From positions 1,665-65,664 of the forward strand of contig CALECM010000113.1 in assembly GCA_937949745.1 (NCBI GenBank): 64,000 nt of DNA, in the 5' to 3' direction. The stretch's first letter is position 1; each line of letters starts with the position of its first letter. Position numbers and translations under genes: made by a program. Under the pieces are notes generated by a model. It saw nothing but the letters and a program-made list of their open reading frames with translations, was not told the DNA's origin and made no database searches. This document shows positions 39,590-49,629 of this stretch, in pieces. Origin of the DNA: an uncultured Bacteroidales bacterium (lineage in GTDB: Bacteria; Bacteroidota; Bacteroidia; Bacteroidales; WCHB1-69).

Positions 39590-40891
39590 ATGCTACGTTA
39601 TTTTATATTTTTTTTAGGTTTTAGCTTCATTCTGACACAGAATCTTTCGGGACAGGAAACGGGATATTCTGTTAAGATTACGTTGGATGCCATTAACGAT
39701 CCTCAGCTTTACCTCACGGGGAATTTAGGACCAAAGGAATACATTTTCGACAGTGCGAAAGTCAGGAAAAATAATACGGTACTTTTTGAAAATAAAAACA
39801 GGGTTTTACCTGGCGGGATTTACCGGGTCGTTAATCCAAAAGGGATGGTATACCTGGATTTTATTGTGGACAGGAACAGGTATTTTTCAATATCCGCGAC
39901 AAAGGAAGATCCATGGAAATCAGCCGTCATAAACGGTTCTGATGAAAACATAGCCTATTATCAATTTTTAAAATTATGGCACTCTGCCGGGGAATTGCCC
40001 GAGGCATTTATCAATGAAATAACCGGAACTTCTCCCGGCTCTTTGTTAGCCAAATATCTTATAGCCAAGTACGTACCTTTTCATTACGATCCTGTTTACA
40101 TGCCGGACGGCATCACCCGTGACACGGCAGCTGAATATCGATATATCACCACCCATTTTTTTGATCATATGGACCTGACCGATCCGCGTATGTTACGAAT
40201 ACCGGTAGATTGGCAGGTCGATGTTTTTTTTACCAGGATCGTGAAGCAGGAATCGGATTCCATTCTCCGGGAAATGGACAGATTTATGACCAAAATAAAC
40301 AATCAGGAAATGGAAAATTATTTCCTGCGCTATTTCTACCAAATATTTGATGTGGGAAATCCGGAATACGATGCAGTCCTAGTTCATTTATACGACCGGT
40401 ATTGCCCGGAGAATCAATGCGAATGGCTGGATGATTATTCCGGCAGGAGATTATATCGTGAGGTGCAGCGTAAAAGAAAACTTTTGCCGGGACAATCAGT
40501 GCCGGTTCTGGCTGCTTACGACCGGGAGCACCGGCTTCATAGTACGGAAGAGATTAAAGACAAACATATCCTGTTATGGTTTTGGGATCCGGATTGTGAC
40601 GATTGTGTCGAACTGACTCCGGTGTTATATGATATTTATAAAGACTACCGGGATGAAGTGGAAGTATTTGCGGTGTCCGTAACGGAAGATTACGACCGGT
40701 GGATCCGTTTGGTGGATGAACATCAATGGGACTGGATCAATGTAAGTTATGCGAACGGAGAACCCAATTATGATTTTGTCGATTATTTCGAGCTTTACAC
40801 TACTCCCGGCATTTATTTACTGAATAAACATCATAAAATAATCGCCCGCCAATTCCCGTTAGAACAACTGCCTGGAAAATTAGAATATTAA
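39590..40891 (+). CDS. secreted thioredoxin-like (TlpA/DUF5106-type) protein, paralog 1
   Basis: 433 aa. Signal peptide. C-terminal Trx fold with WFWDPDCDDC (CxxC = CDDC). Confidence 0.75.
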   Translation: MLRYFIFFLGFSFILTQNLSGQETGYSVKITLDAINDPQLYLTGNLGPKEYIFDSAKVRKNNTVLFENKNRVLPGGIYRVVNPKGMVYLDFIVDRNRYFSISATKEDPWKSAVINGSDENIAYYQFLKLWHSAGELPEAFINEITGTSPGSLLAKYLIAKYVPFHYDPVYMPDGITRDTAAEYRYITTHFFDHMDLTDPRMLRIPVDWQVDVFFTRIVKQESDSILREMDRFMTKINNQEMENYFLRYFYQIFDVGNPEYDAVLVHLYDRYCPENQCEWLDDYSGRRLYREVQRKRKLLPGQSVPVLAAYDREHRLHSTEEIKDKHILLWFWDPDCDDCVELTPVLYDIYKDYRDEVEVFAVSVTEDYDRWIRLVDEHQWDWINVSYANGEPNYDFVDYFELYTTPGIYLLNKHHKIIARQFPLEQLPGKLEY

Positions 40892-40906
40892 TAAACAAAG
40901 AAAGAT

Positions 40907-42394
40907 ATGAAAAAAGTAACATTATGCTTTATTTTCCTGATCTTTATTTACATTCCGGTTTCTTTACAAGCCCAGTCGAAATCTAAAAAAAACGCTACGG
41001 CAGTCGCGGAAAGCGGTCACGAAATGGTTTTTAATATCAAGGGGGCACAGGATTCTATGGTTTACCTGGCTATCCATTACAGGGATAAATTGATGTTAAG
41101 GGATTCCGCCCGACTTCAAAAACCGGGAAAATATATTTTCAAAGGTACCAATACGCTGGACGATGGTCTTTATACTTTGGTATCGCAAAAAAAGACTCCT
41201 TACCTCAATTTTATCATTGACCGGAATCAACACTTCGAATATAATCTGGACACGACATACAATACGGCCAATTTTTCTGTGATTAATTCCCCGCAAAACG
41301 CGGAAATGCTGGCTTTCCAGCAGAAAACGGCCAGTGCGCAACTCAGGGTTAAAGAGATCCAGGAGAAAAGGAAAAAATTTGAAAATACCCGTCAAACCGA
41401 CAGTGTGACTTATTATACGGAACAACTTCAACTGGTGAATAAAGAAATGACGGATTTTATCCATAAGCTGATCGAAAGAAATCCGGACTTCCTTTTTTCC
41501 AAATTACAAAAAGCATATCAGCCGATCACCATTCCCGATCCTCCGGTTAGAAGCGACGGATCGATAGATTCGAATTTCCAGTTCGTATATTACCGTACGC
41601 ATTTCTGGGATAATGTAGATTTGCAGGATAATCGTTTTATTTTCCTGCCGGTACTCGAACCTATGTATAACGAATACTTTACCAAGGTTTTATTTTACCA
41701 GGAAGTAGATACTGTTACGCATTATATTGATATCTTCTTAGATAAAGTGAAGGGCGACAGCCTGATGTACCGCTATTTTCTGGAACGCCTCTCCTACCAG
41801 TTCGAAACCAGTAAACTATTGGGACATGATGCCGTTTTTGTCCACATCGTAAAAAATAATCATTTGCAGGGGAAAGTGAACTGGCTGGAACCATCCACTC
41901 TTAAAAAGTATGAAAAAAGGATCAATGAGTTGGAGCCTTTACTTATCGGGAAAAAAGGACCGGAATTGATCATCGCCGACACGAGCGGAAAGAAATGGTA
42001 TTCTTCTCATCAGTTGCCGGACCAATACGTGATATTGTGGTTTTTCGATCCGACATGCCATACCTGCAAAAAAGAATCCCAGAAATTGAAAATCCTCTAT
42101 GATTCGCTGGAGAAAGCCGGAACCCGTAATTTCGAAATTTATGCCATCGGCAACGACAGTGACGAAAACAGATGGAAAAGATACGTCAGGGATAATCAAT
42201 TTCCATGGATCAATGTGGGCGGGCACGTGGCTAATGTAGATTACCGGGATGCTTATAACGTCATGGCCAATCCTACGATGTATATCCTCAATGAAAAGCG
42301 GGAAATTATTTTAAACCGGCGTATCGATGTTGAGAAGATCCCTGAATTTATTTCCCAATACGAAAAGATCGAAACCCTGAAGAAAAATCAGTAA
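40907..42394 (+). CDS. secreted thioredoxin-like (TlpA/DUF5106-type) protein, paralog 2
   Basis: 495 aa. WFFDPTCHTC (CHTC). Long blocks identical to paralog 3 (GHDAVFVHI.KNNHL, SGTRNFE.YA.GND, REIILNRRI). Confidence 0.8.
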   Translation: MKKVTLCFIFLIFIYIPVSLQAQSKSKKNATAVAESGHEMVFNIKGAQDSMVYLAIHYRDKLMLRDSARLQKPGKYIFKGTNTLDDGLYTLVSQKKTPYLNFIIDRNQHFEYNLDTTYNTANFSVINSPQNAEMLAFQQKTASAQLRVKEIQEKRKKFENTRQTDSVTYYTEQLQLVNKEMTDFIHKLIERNPDFLFSKLQKAYQPITIPDPPVRSDGSIDSNFQFVYYRTHFWDNVDLQDNRFIFLPVLEPMYNEYFTKVLFYQEVDTVTHYIDIFLDKVKGDSLMYRYFLERLSYQFETSKLLGHDAVFVHIVKNNHLQGKVNWLEPSTLKKYEKRINELEPLLIGKKGPELIIADTSGKKWYSSHQLPDQYVILWFFDPTCHTCKKESQKLKILYDSLEKAGTRNFEIYAIGNDSDENRWKRYVRDNQFPWINVGGHVANVDYRDAYNVMANPTMYILNEKREIILNRRIDVEKIPEFISQYEKIETLKKNQ

Positions 42395-42404
42395 CGGGAT
42401 TGCC

Positions 42405-43865
42405 ATGAAAATAAAGATCCTCCCGGTAATTCTCTTTTCCTGGCTTTTTTTTCAGAACTTAGCCGGGCAGTCCCATTCTTCGCAAAATAAAATCAATGAA
42501 GAAAAAGGACATAAAATTGTTTTCAATATTAAAGATGCGAATGAGCCTGTCGTTTATTTATCCATAAGATACCAGGATAAACTGATCCTGAGAGATTCCG
42601 CATACCTTAATCCGGCGGGACAATATATCTTCCGGGGTGATTCCCGCTATGAGAGTGGTCTCTATTCACTCGTTTCCGCCCACAAGACACCTTATGTGGA
42701 TTTCATTATCGATAAGTATCAGTACGCGGAATTTGATATCGACCAATCCCGTAATCCGGAGAATTTTTCCGTTAAAAACTCTCCGGAAAATGAAGAGTTA
42801 TTTGCTTATCAAAGGACTGTTTTAAAGACCCGGAAACAGGTACAGGAGATCCAGCGCAAACGCCAGCAATTTGCCAGGGCAAAGATGAGGGACAGTCTTA
42901 ATGTGTATAATCGTCAATTAAATTCTTTACAAACGGAAATCAACCGGTTTACGCTCGATATGATCGACAGGAATCCTGATTTTCTTTTTTCGAAAGTCCA
43001 GAAATCCACTTTGCCTGTTAATATTCCGGAATCCGTCCTGAAATCCGATACTTTAACCCGGAATATCTATTACCGGGATCATTATTGGGATAATGTGGAT
43101 CTGGGCGATTCCCGTCTTATTCCTTTCCAGATATTGGAAAATAAATATCAGGATTATTTTTTTCAGGTGCTCAGATATGCGGGAACGGATACTTTGATCA
43201 AATATGTTGACCGATTCCTCCAAAAAACCGAAAATGACAGCAATATGTACCGTCATTTTCTGGATAAGCTTGCTTATGATTTCCAGGTAAGTAAAGTATT
43301 GGGTCACGATGCCGTATTCGTGCATATTGCTAAAAATAATCACCTCAAAGATAAAGCATACTGGTTGGATGAGTTTATGATTGCCAAATATGAAAAACGG
43401 GTAAAAAACCTCGAGCCGGTACTTATAGGCAGTCAGGCAGCGGAGTTGATCATTCCCGATACCAGCGGGCAACGATGGATATCTTCCCATACCTTGCCTG
43501 AGAAATATATCCTGCTATGGTTCTATGATCCCACTTGCGTAACCTGTAAAGCGGAATCCGAAAATTTAAGGACACTGTACGATTCGCTCACACGATCCGG
43601 AACCCGTAACTTTGAAGTATATGCCGTTGGAAATGATATTGATATTGAGCGATGGAAACGATATGTAAAAGAAAACAACTATCCCTGGATACAGGTGGGA
43701 GGTCCGGTAGCCAATATCGATTATATGGCTGCCTATAATATCTATGAATCTGGAACACCTTCACTATTTATCCTGAACGGAAACCGGGAGATCATTCTCA
43801 ACAGGCGTATCGAGATAAAACAAATTCCCGGATTCTTACATCGATATGAAAAATCCGGGAATTGA
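42405..43865 (+). CDS. secreted thioredoxin-like (TlpA/DUF5106-type) protein, paralog 3
   Basis: 486 aa. WFYDPTCVTC (CVTC). Close paralog of 40907-42394. Confidence 0.8.
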   Translation: MKIKILPVILFSWLFFQNLAGQSHSSQNKINEEKGHKIVFNIKDANEPVVYLSIRYQDKLILRDSAYLNPAGQYIFRGDSRYESGLYSLVSAHKTPYVDFIIDKYQYAEFDIDQSRNPENFSVKNSPENEELFAYQRTVLKTRKQVQEIQRKRQQFARAKMRDSLNVYNRQLNSLQTEINRFTLDMIDRNPDFLFSKVQKSTLPVNIPESVLKSDTLTRNIYYRDHYWDNVDLGDSRLIPFQILENKYQDYFFQVLRYAGTDTLIKYVDRFLQKTENDSNMYRHFLDKLAYDFQVSKVLGHDAVFVHIAKNNHLKDKAYWLDEFMIAKYEKRVKNLEPVLIGSQAAELIIPDTSGQRWISSHTLPEKYILLWFYDPTCVTCKAESENLRTLYDSLTRSGTRNFEVYAVGNDIDIERWKRYVKENNYPWIQVGGPVANIDYMAAYNIYESGTPSLFILNGNREIILNRRIEIKQIPGFLHRYEKSGN

Positions 43866-43909
43866 AACAAGGAGATCTTATTTATTTTAATCTCAAAAGG
43901 AAACTTTGA

Positions 43910-44299
43910 TTAATGTTTATGTCCACCGCAACCGCCATGGTCATGACCGTGGGAACAACCTCCTTTTCCTGGTTCGGCTTTACAACATGCGGGGAGTTTT
44001 TCCCTTGCTTTCGGGTCAGCTTTCACTAAATCCGCGTCGTATCCTATATTACTGATCCCTTTTCTGATTTCATCAGCGTTTGTTTTCTGAGGATTATAAG
44101 TCACCGTCACTTTTGACGTTTTCAGATCCAGGGAATAATCGGTTACTCCTTTAAGGAAAGGAATCTTTTCTTTGAACCTGTCTTCACATTTCTGGCAAAC
44201 GGCATTGGTCTGGATCACTACGGTTTCGGTTTTGCTTTTTTGAGCCATTAAAGTAATGCCGAATAAGGCGATTACTGCAGTTAAAAAATACTTTTTCAT
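43910..44299 (-). CDS. secreted heavy-metal-associated (HMA) domain protein with Cys/His-rich tail
   Basis: 129 aa. Signal peptide. HMA-like CQKC metal site. C-terminal CCKAEPGKGGCSHGHDHGGCGGHKH. Confidence 0.8.
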   Translation of the reverse strand: MKKYFLTAVIALFGITLMAQKSKTETVVIQTNAVCQKCEDRFKEKIPFLKGVTDYSLDLKTSKVTVTYNPQKTNADEIRKGISNIGYDADLVKADPKAREKLPACCKAEPGKGGCSHGHDHGGCGGHKH

Positions 44300-44338
44300 T
44301 TTTTTCTGAATTTACATTAATATTAAACGAATTGAAAG

Positions 44339-46576
44339 TTATTTAATTGTCCATCTTAATCCTACATATCCCATCGCGCCGGTAATCGGTGCGTAAATGA
44401 TGGAAGCATCGAAATATTCTCCAAACGGATCATTCGCCGACAGGATCGGATTTTTTTGTTTGTAATTCAATAGGTTTTCCCCGCCTACATAAACTTCCCA
44501 GTTCCTGAATTTTTTCGTAACCTGGGCATTTAGTACAAAGTAAGAAGGTGATTTTTCCGGGAGGCGGAATTCTTCCGGATTACCGGAGGTTTCGGGAAGC
44601 CTCATGGAGCTGTTGAATTGTAGTGTAGTGCTGAATTTCCACTTATCAAATTTAGTGGAATAGCTAAGGTTCAGCAGGGCTTTATGAGGACTGGCCAGGG
44701 CTTTGGGTTGTAATTTACCTCCAGTGGTCAACCATACATCGTTAAAACGGTAAGCCACAATGATTTCGAATCTTTTGATCGGGTAAAGGGTCAGTTCCGC
44801 CTGTGCCGAATGAGAATAGGATTTCCCATGTAAATTTGAAATCCGTACCTCGCGGGGATCACTATCCAGGTCGATAACGGTCTGGTTGATAAAATGAGTG
44901 TAGTAATAATCCAAAGCGAGGTTGGATTTTCCACCTTTCATATCGAAAGTTTGCACAAAACTCAACCCGAAATTATACGCTTCTTCGGGTTTAAGGTCTT
45001 CCGTAAATACAAATTCTCTGTTACTTACTAAAAGCGAAGTGTTTTCAGCAATTACATTGGAGGTCCTGTATCCTTTTCCGGCAGATAAACGGAAGGAGCT
45101 GTTTTTGTGTGCCATCCATTTTAAATGAAATCTGGGAGTCCAGAATAACTGGTTATATAAAGAATTATAGTCGAACCGGATTCCCGGCATCACCACCAGT
45201 TTTTCATCAATAGAATAGGAATATTCGGCAAAAATACCGGGTACGGCTTCAAGACGGGAAGAGAATGGCGGACGTATTTCATTGCTTACATTATAAAGCT
45301 GGTCTCTCAGTTCATCGATCTGGAAACTGGCGCCTGCCGTTAACTTATGCCTGTCTTCTTTTCCATAACGATTGGAATAGAGGATATTGGCAAAGCCACT
45401 GATCTGTTTGGCATCATATTTTCTCAATCCGAAATAGGAATTATTATCATGGTAAGTAAACGAGAGAATTGTTCCGATACTTTCATGATGTCCTTTCAGG
45501 AGAAACCCGTTCTTCGTGATTACGTTGAGACGGTTGGTTTTAATCCGCATCCCCCATAGAGAATCTGAGAAAAGATCGGTTTTGGGATCAAATTTCACCT
45601 GACCTCCCACCCTGTCTTCCCACAGGTAAGAAACCATTGTTCTACCTTCGAATTTTCCGGGAACGGTATAATCCCAGCGGTTCATCGCGTTCACCTGATA
45701 ATTGATGGGAGCATCTAAAAAACCGTCTTTGTTCATATCCATACGGGCGAACTGTCCTTCGGTATGCAGCAGGAACATGGTGGATACATTTTCCTTTACA
45801 TCAAACCGGGTGTTCAGGTTAAGTTCGCCTTTACCCATAGTGCTGCCGAAAAGATTCAGGAAAAGTTTTTCCCGGTTAGTTTCGGGTTTTTTATATTCCA
45901 CATTAATTTGCCCTGTAATCGCTTCATATCCGTTGGTAACCGATGAAATACCTTTTGATATGGAAATCGCGTCCATCCAGGTTCCCGGCACAAAACCAAG
46001 TCCGAATTGGTTGGATAACAATCGGATATAGGGAGTATTTTCTAATAAGATCTGGCTATAAATACCTGCCAGTCCCAACATGGAAATTTGCTTGGCGCCG
46101 CTTACCGCATCGGAATATTCCACATCCACCGCAACCGTATTATCGAAGCTTTCCGATAAATTACAACAGGCCGCCTTTCTCAGGCCGTCGGTGGTAATCA
46201 CGGTAGTAAGAATAGGTTTTACGGAAATATAGGCTCCGTTACGGGCCGCTACTTCCACGGCAGGCAAGGTATTGGATCCCGATAGTACCACATTCAATTC
46301 GGTCTGAGTGGCGGGAATCGTGATCGTATCACTGGGATAAGCCTGGTATTTGATCACAAGCCTGTCCGTATTCTTTACTCTTTCCAGCGTAAAATTCCCT
46401 TCGTGGTTCGTGACGGTCCCGACCGCGGTATTGTGCCATTGTAAAACGGCACCGATGACCGGTGTTTCTTCTCCGTTTTCATTAAACTCTGTTACTTTAC
46501 CCTTCAGCGGTGATTGTGCCGCTAAAGATAACGTAGCGAATATAATGAACAACTGTATTAAAATTATTTTTTTCAT
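44339..46576 (-). CDS. TonB-dependent receptor with carboxypeptidase-regulatory-like domain
   Basis: 745 aa. Signal peptide, N-terminal LKGKVTEFNENGEETPVIGAVL, plug and barrel. Confidence 0.85.
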   Translation of the reverse strand: MKKIILIQLFIIFATLSLAAQSPLKGKVTEFNENGEETPVIGAVLQWHNTAVGTVTNHEGNFTLERVKNTDRLVIKYQAYPSDTITIPATQTELNVVLSGSNTLPAVEVAARNGAYISVKPILTTVITTDGLRKAACCNLSESFDNTVAVDVEYSDAVSGAKQISMLGLAGIYSQILLENTPYIRLLSNQFGLGFVPGTWMDAISISKGISSVTNGYEAITGQINVEYKKPETNREKLFLNLFGSTMGKGELNLNTRFDVKENVSTMFLLHTEGQFARMDMNKDGFLDAPINYQVNAMNRWDYTVPGKFEGRTMVSYLWEDRVGGQVKFDPKTDLFSDSLWGMRIKTNRLNVITKNGFLLKGHHESIGTILSFTYHDNNSYFGLRKYDAKQISGFANILYSNRYGKEDRHKLTAGASFQIDELRDQLYNVSNEIRPPFSSRLEAVPGIFAEYSYSIDEKLVVMPGIRFDYNSLYNQLFWTPRFHLKWMAHKNSSFRLSAGKGYRTSNVIAENTSLLVSNREFVFTEDLKPEEAYNFGLSFVQTFDMKGGKSNLALDYYYTHFINQTVIDLDSDPREVRISNLHGKSYSHSAQAELTLYPIKRFEIIVAYRFNDVWLTTGGKLQPKALASPHKALLNLSYSTKFDKWKFSTTLQFNSSMRLPETSGNPEEFRLPEKSPSYFVLNAQVTKKFRNWEVYVGGENLLNYKQKNPILSANDPFGEYFDASIIYAPITGAMGYVGLRWTIK

Positions 46577-46666
46577 TACGATGTAACTTAATATTGATTA
46601 TATAAATTAAAATACACGCATTCCTAAAAAAGGAATAGCATGAATAATAGGATCATATAATCAAAA

Positions 46667-47092
46667 TTACGCGTAATGAAGCCTTTGCTGGGTATAATCC
46701 GCAAATAACCTTCCCTGAATTACAGGATGAGGCGGCTGGATTTCCGTGGTTTTAAAAAATACTTGGTATAGAGTTACCAGATAATCATGTGTGTCATATA
46801 ATACGAGTTGAACAGGAAGAGTTTCCGCATCAATGGAAACCGTATGCTCTTCCCTTTCGTAATTATCTAAAATCTTGAAAAAATACTGGGTATCGTGACA
46901 ATGATGATGTTTATCTTTTACATGATGTGGATGGGAATCATGATCATGGTCCTGGCATAAGCAGGTCGTGATTTCCGTTTTTTCATTACAATGATTACAA
47001 CAATGATGTATGGATACGAAAATACCGGTGGAAAAGACAAAATAAATTGTCAGCATGAAGAGCAAGATACTTTTTTGTAAAATCTTTTTCAC
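46667..47092 (-). CDS. small membrane protein with His/Cys-rich metal-binding-like segment
   Basis: SIHHCCNHC...CLCQDHDHDSHPHHVKDKHHHCHD. Probable GTG start at 47092 (VKKILQKSILLF...). The longer ATG ORF (to 47122) starts on a translated -7 box (MYFC). Confidence 0.6.
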   Translation of the reverse strand: MKKILQKSILLFMLTIYFVFSTGIFVSIHHCCNHCNEKTEITTCLCQDHDHDSHPHHVKDKHHHCHDTQYFFKILDNYEREEHTVSIDAETLPVQLVLYDTHDYLVTLYQVFFKTTEIQPPHPVIQGRLFADYTQQRLHYA

Positions 47093-47274
47093 GGGTTTAA
47101 ATTTACGATTACAAAAATACAATTTTTTTATAAATCAGAAATCTTCAACAGCAAATTTCTGCTTTTATTATGTTGCAACAGGTACAAATGTCGAAAGTTC
47201 AATAAATAAACGAATGAATGATAAACAGTTCCAAAAATATTTCCTGAAGTTGTGTAATGAATTTAAAAAAAATG

Positions 47275-47282
47275 TACTTTTG
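47275..47282 (+). promoter_or_regulatory. Bacteroidota -7 promoter box TACTTTTG for tRNA-Pro
   Basis: Matches TAnnTTTG, 12 nt upstream of the tRNA 5' end. Confidence 0.5.
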
Positions 47283-47293
47283 CAACCTCAAAA

Positions 47294-47366
47294 CGGGGTG
47301 TGGCGCAGTTGGTAGCGCGCTACGTTCGGGACGTAGAGGCCGCAAGTTCGAGTCTTGTCACCCCGA
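47294..47366 (+). tRNA. tRNA-Pro (CGG anticodon)
   Basis: CGGGGTG/CACCCCG acceptor stem, GCGC D stem, CTACG-TTCGGGA-CGTAG anticodon arm, GCAAG-TTCGAGT-CTTGT T arm, discriminator A. 73 nt. Confidence 0.92.
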
Positions 47367-47471
47367 CACTATAAGTGTTTGATTTACAGAGCGTTACAAG
47401 CGCTCGGTGAACTTTTTTAGAAAGATTAGAAAGTTTTTAATCCTTAACATGCGAATAACCAAAAAGTTAAA

Positions 47472-48614
47472 ATGGTTATATCGCTAAAAAAAATTTTTTC
47501 CACACCGAAACTACATAAAGGAAAAGCATGGTATATACTTTATTCATACCGTGATCCGATTTCCCAAACAATGCATGCCTTTAAGATTACTAAAGGCTTG
47601 AATGTTGGGAATGAGGATCAAAGAATGAGAAATGCCCAAAGAATTATTGCCAATCTCACTAAAAAGCTTGAAAATGGTTGGTCTCCATTCGAAGAAAGAT
47701 TTGGAAAAAAGAATTTATCCAGTCCCAATAATTGGATAAATGCTATTTCTGATTTTTTAAGATTTAAGGCAACTGAAAATATCGAGGAACGTTCGTTTAT
47801 TGAATATAGCTATAAATTGAATAAATTTATAAAGTTCATTAAAGAAAAGAAGTGGGATAAACTAAATGTTTCTTTGTTCACTTATGAGCATGCCTTAGAG
47901 TTTATGGAATGGCTAAAGGCGAATGGCTGTCGTTCTGGAAAGACTCTCAAAGAATATAAAAGCATAATGGGTCAAGTTTGTAATCATCTTAGGAAAAAAC
48001 AGCTAATCACCCAAAATTTCTTTGAATTATTGCCGCATTATAAATATATCAGTAATACCCCACGCCTATTTTCCGATAAAGAACTTCAAGAATTAAAAAA
48101 TTATGCTCTCCAATGCGACCGGCAACTATGGATTATATTTCAGTTTATTCTATATTGCTTTTTTCGACCGGGTCGAGAAGTCCGATTAATGAGAGTTGGG
48201 GACATTGATTATGAAAAAGGAATACTGTGGAGCCGAAAAGATACAGCAAAAAATGATAAGGAAAAACCGGTGATTATTCCGGATCATTTTTTAAAATATT
48301 TAATCCAAAACGGATATCATAAAGCCAATAAAGAGGATTTTATGTTCACTGTTGAGGGAAAACCGGGAAGTATTCCTGTTGGGAAAAACTACATATATAA
48401 GCATTATAAAAAAGCAAGATTAGCATTAGGCATAAACACATATATTTACGCCGCTAAACATACCGGTAACCGTAAATTAAAGGACAATGGAGCCGATTTA
48501 CTTGATATGATGAAACAAAATCGACATTCATCACCCAACCAAACTTATGTTTATTTGAAATCATTGGAGGATGAATATAACATGGCTTTAAAAGATAAAT
48601 TCTTTACTGTTTAG
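47472..48614 (+). CDS. tyrosine-type site-specific integrase
   Basis: 380 aa. Arg-I (FRPGREVRLMRVGDID), HxxR (KHTGNRKL), second His (NRHSS) and catalytic Tyr (NQTYVYL). Confidence 0.9.
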   Translation: MVISLKKIFSTPKLHKGKAWYILYSYRDPISQTMHAFKITKGLNVGNEDQRMRNAQRIIANLTKKLENGWSPFEERFGKKNLSSPNNWINAISDFLRFKATENIEERSFIEYSYKLNKFIKFIKEKKWDKLNVSLFTYEHALEFMEWLKANGCRSGKTLKEYKSIMGQVCNHLRKKQLITQNFFELLPHYKYISNTPRLFSDKELQELKNYALQCDRQLWIIFQFILYCFFRPGREVRLMRVGDIDYEKGILWSRKDTAKNDKEKPVIIPDHFLKYLIQNGYHKANKEDFMFTVEGKPGSIPVGKNYIYKHYKKARLALGINTYIYAAKHTGNRKLKDNGADLLDMMKQNRHSSPNQTYVYLKSLEDEYNMALKDKFFTV

Positions 48615-49506
48615 ATGCTGATTTTTTGCCACTGTTCACAACATATACTTTTTTATTAGGCTTTTCATTCATTTTCCGGGAAACAATAGTAATAAATGTA
48701 TCCATGGCAGGCAATACCCTTTCAAAATCTCTTTTACATAAATAAGTACTGGATTCATATTTTGATTTCATCAAAAATGGATTTTTCAGATTCATGAAAT
48801 TTAATTTATAAGCCACATATTGCTCGAAAAAGCGAGCCCAAATTTCATTTCTTGATCGCCAATAATCACCCGATTTAGCTTTAATTAGCCTCTGATAACT
48901 CTCTGATAACATTTTCCCGTCCATAATAATGGAGTCAACAATTCCGTTTGCCAAAGTTCTAAGTTGACTACCTCTATTGTCTTTTAATTTTCGAGCCGTT
49001 GAACTTCCTCCAACCAATGATCGGTAATTTCTATTTTGATCAATATACGTCCCAAAGAAATAATCCACAGCATGCCCATACTCATGCGCCAATGAATTAT
49101 CTCCACTATTTTTTGTAAGATTTATCATAAACGTGGATGGTTCAAAATGGGCTTTTGCCCCTGACATACCCCTGGCACCGAAAGCTAAGCCAATAGTGCC
49201 ATCCATTCCTAAATTAGTGGATCGCATTACTTTCGACAAATCCCGTAGTGAAATGGCTGCAGCATGTAATTTGTCTGATCTATCATTGTTTGATAGCCAG
49301 TTCCCCCACTCAAAGCCTTTTAAATTATAAAGCTTTAAAATCTCATATTGATCGAGAGGTTTCTGTGGAGATATAGTTTTCGGTAGTTTTGAAGTAATAC
49401 CTTTTGAAGATTTTTGCACTACACCTCTAATACTCCAATAGCGATCAGCACGGCCTCCCGTGCTGATATCCGGATTTGAATCTACTATTTTCTTTTGTTT
49501 TTGCAT
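48604..49506 (-). CDS. zincin-like metallopeptidase-fold protein (HExxH), resembling polyvalent-protein LPD1-type domains
   Basis: 300 aa. GFEWGNWLS, GLAFGARGMSGAKAHFEP, LAHEYGHAVDYF. Last gene of the minus-strand array. Confidence 0.6.
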   Translation of the reverse strand: MQKQKKIVDSNPDISTGGRADRYWSIRGVVQKSSKGITSKLPKTISPQKPLDQYEILKLYNLKGFEWGNWLSNNDRSDKLHAAAISLRDLSKVMRSTNLGMDGTIGLAFGARGMSGAKAHFEPSTFMINLTKNSGDNSLAHEYGHAVDYFFGTYIDQNRNYRSLVGGSSTARKLKDNRGSQLRTLANGIVDSIIMDGKMLSESYQRLIKAKSGDYWRSRNEIWARFFEQYVAYKLNFMNLKNPFLMKSKYESSTYLCKRDFERVLPAMDTFITIVSRKMNEKPNKKVYVVNSGKKSASKQ

Positions 49507-49613
49507 GATTTAACTTTTTTAGATGATTTAGTAAGGGTAGTCTTGTTAGGTTTGCGAGAACTCAAATTTTTCTCATGTTTTGATAAATTGGCTATTGGTT
49601 TTTTGATATTCAT
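49485..49613 (-). CDS. small highly basic protein (42 aa), hypothetical
   Basis: Manual translation MNIKKPIANLSKHEKNLSSRKPNKTTLTKSSKKVKSCKNKRK*. Below the ORF-track cutoff. Overlaps the next gene start by 22 nt. Confidence 0.3.
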   Translation of the reverse strand: MNIKKPIANLSKHEKNLSSRKPNKTTLTKSSKKVKSCKNKRK

Positions 49614-49629
49614 GGTTTTTGGGATTTAC

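Noticed and set aside
47055-47315. 86-aa plus-strand ORF spanning the intergenic region and the 5' part of tRNA-Pro.
   Set aside because: It overlaps the tRNA and its promoter box, and the translation is low-complexity. It is spurious.
47389-47420. The hairpin GAGCG-N7-CGCTC after tRNA-Pro as a terminator or att core.
   Set aside because: The stem is only 5 bp and the T-run is 8 nt away. No second copy is in the window to support an att repeat. This is too weak to call.
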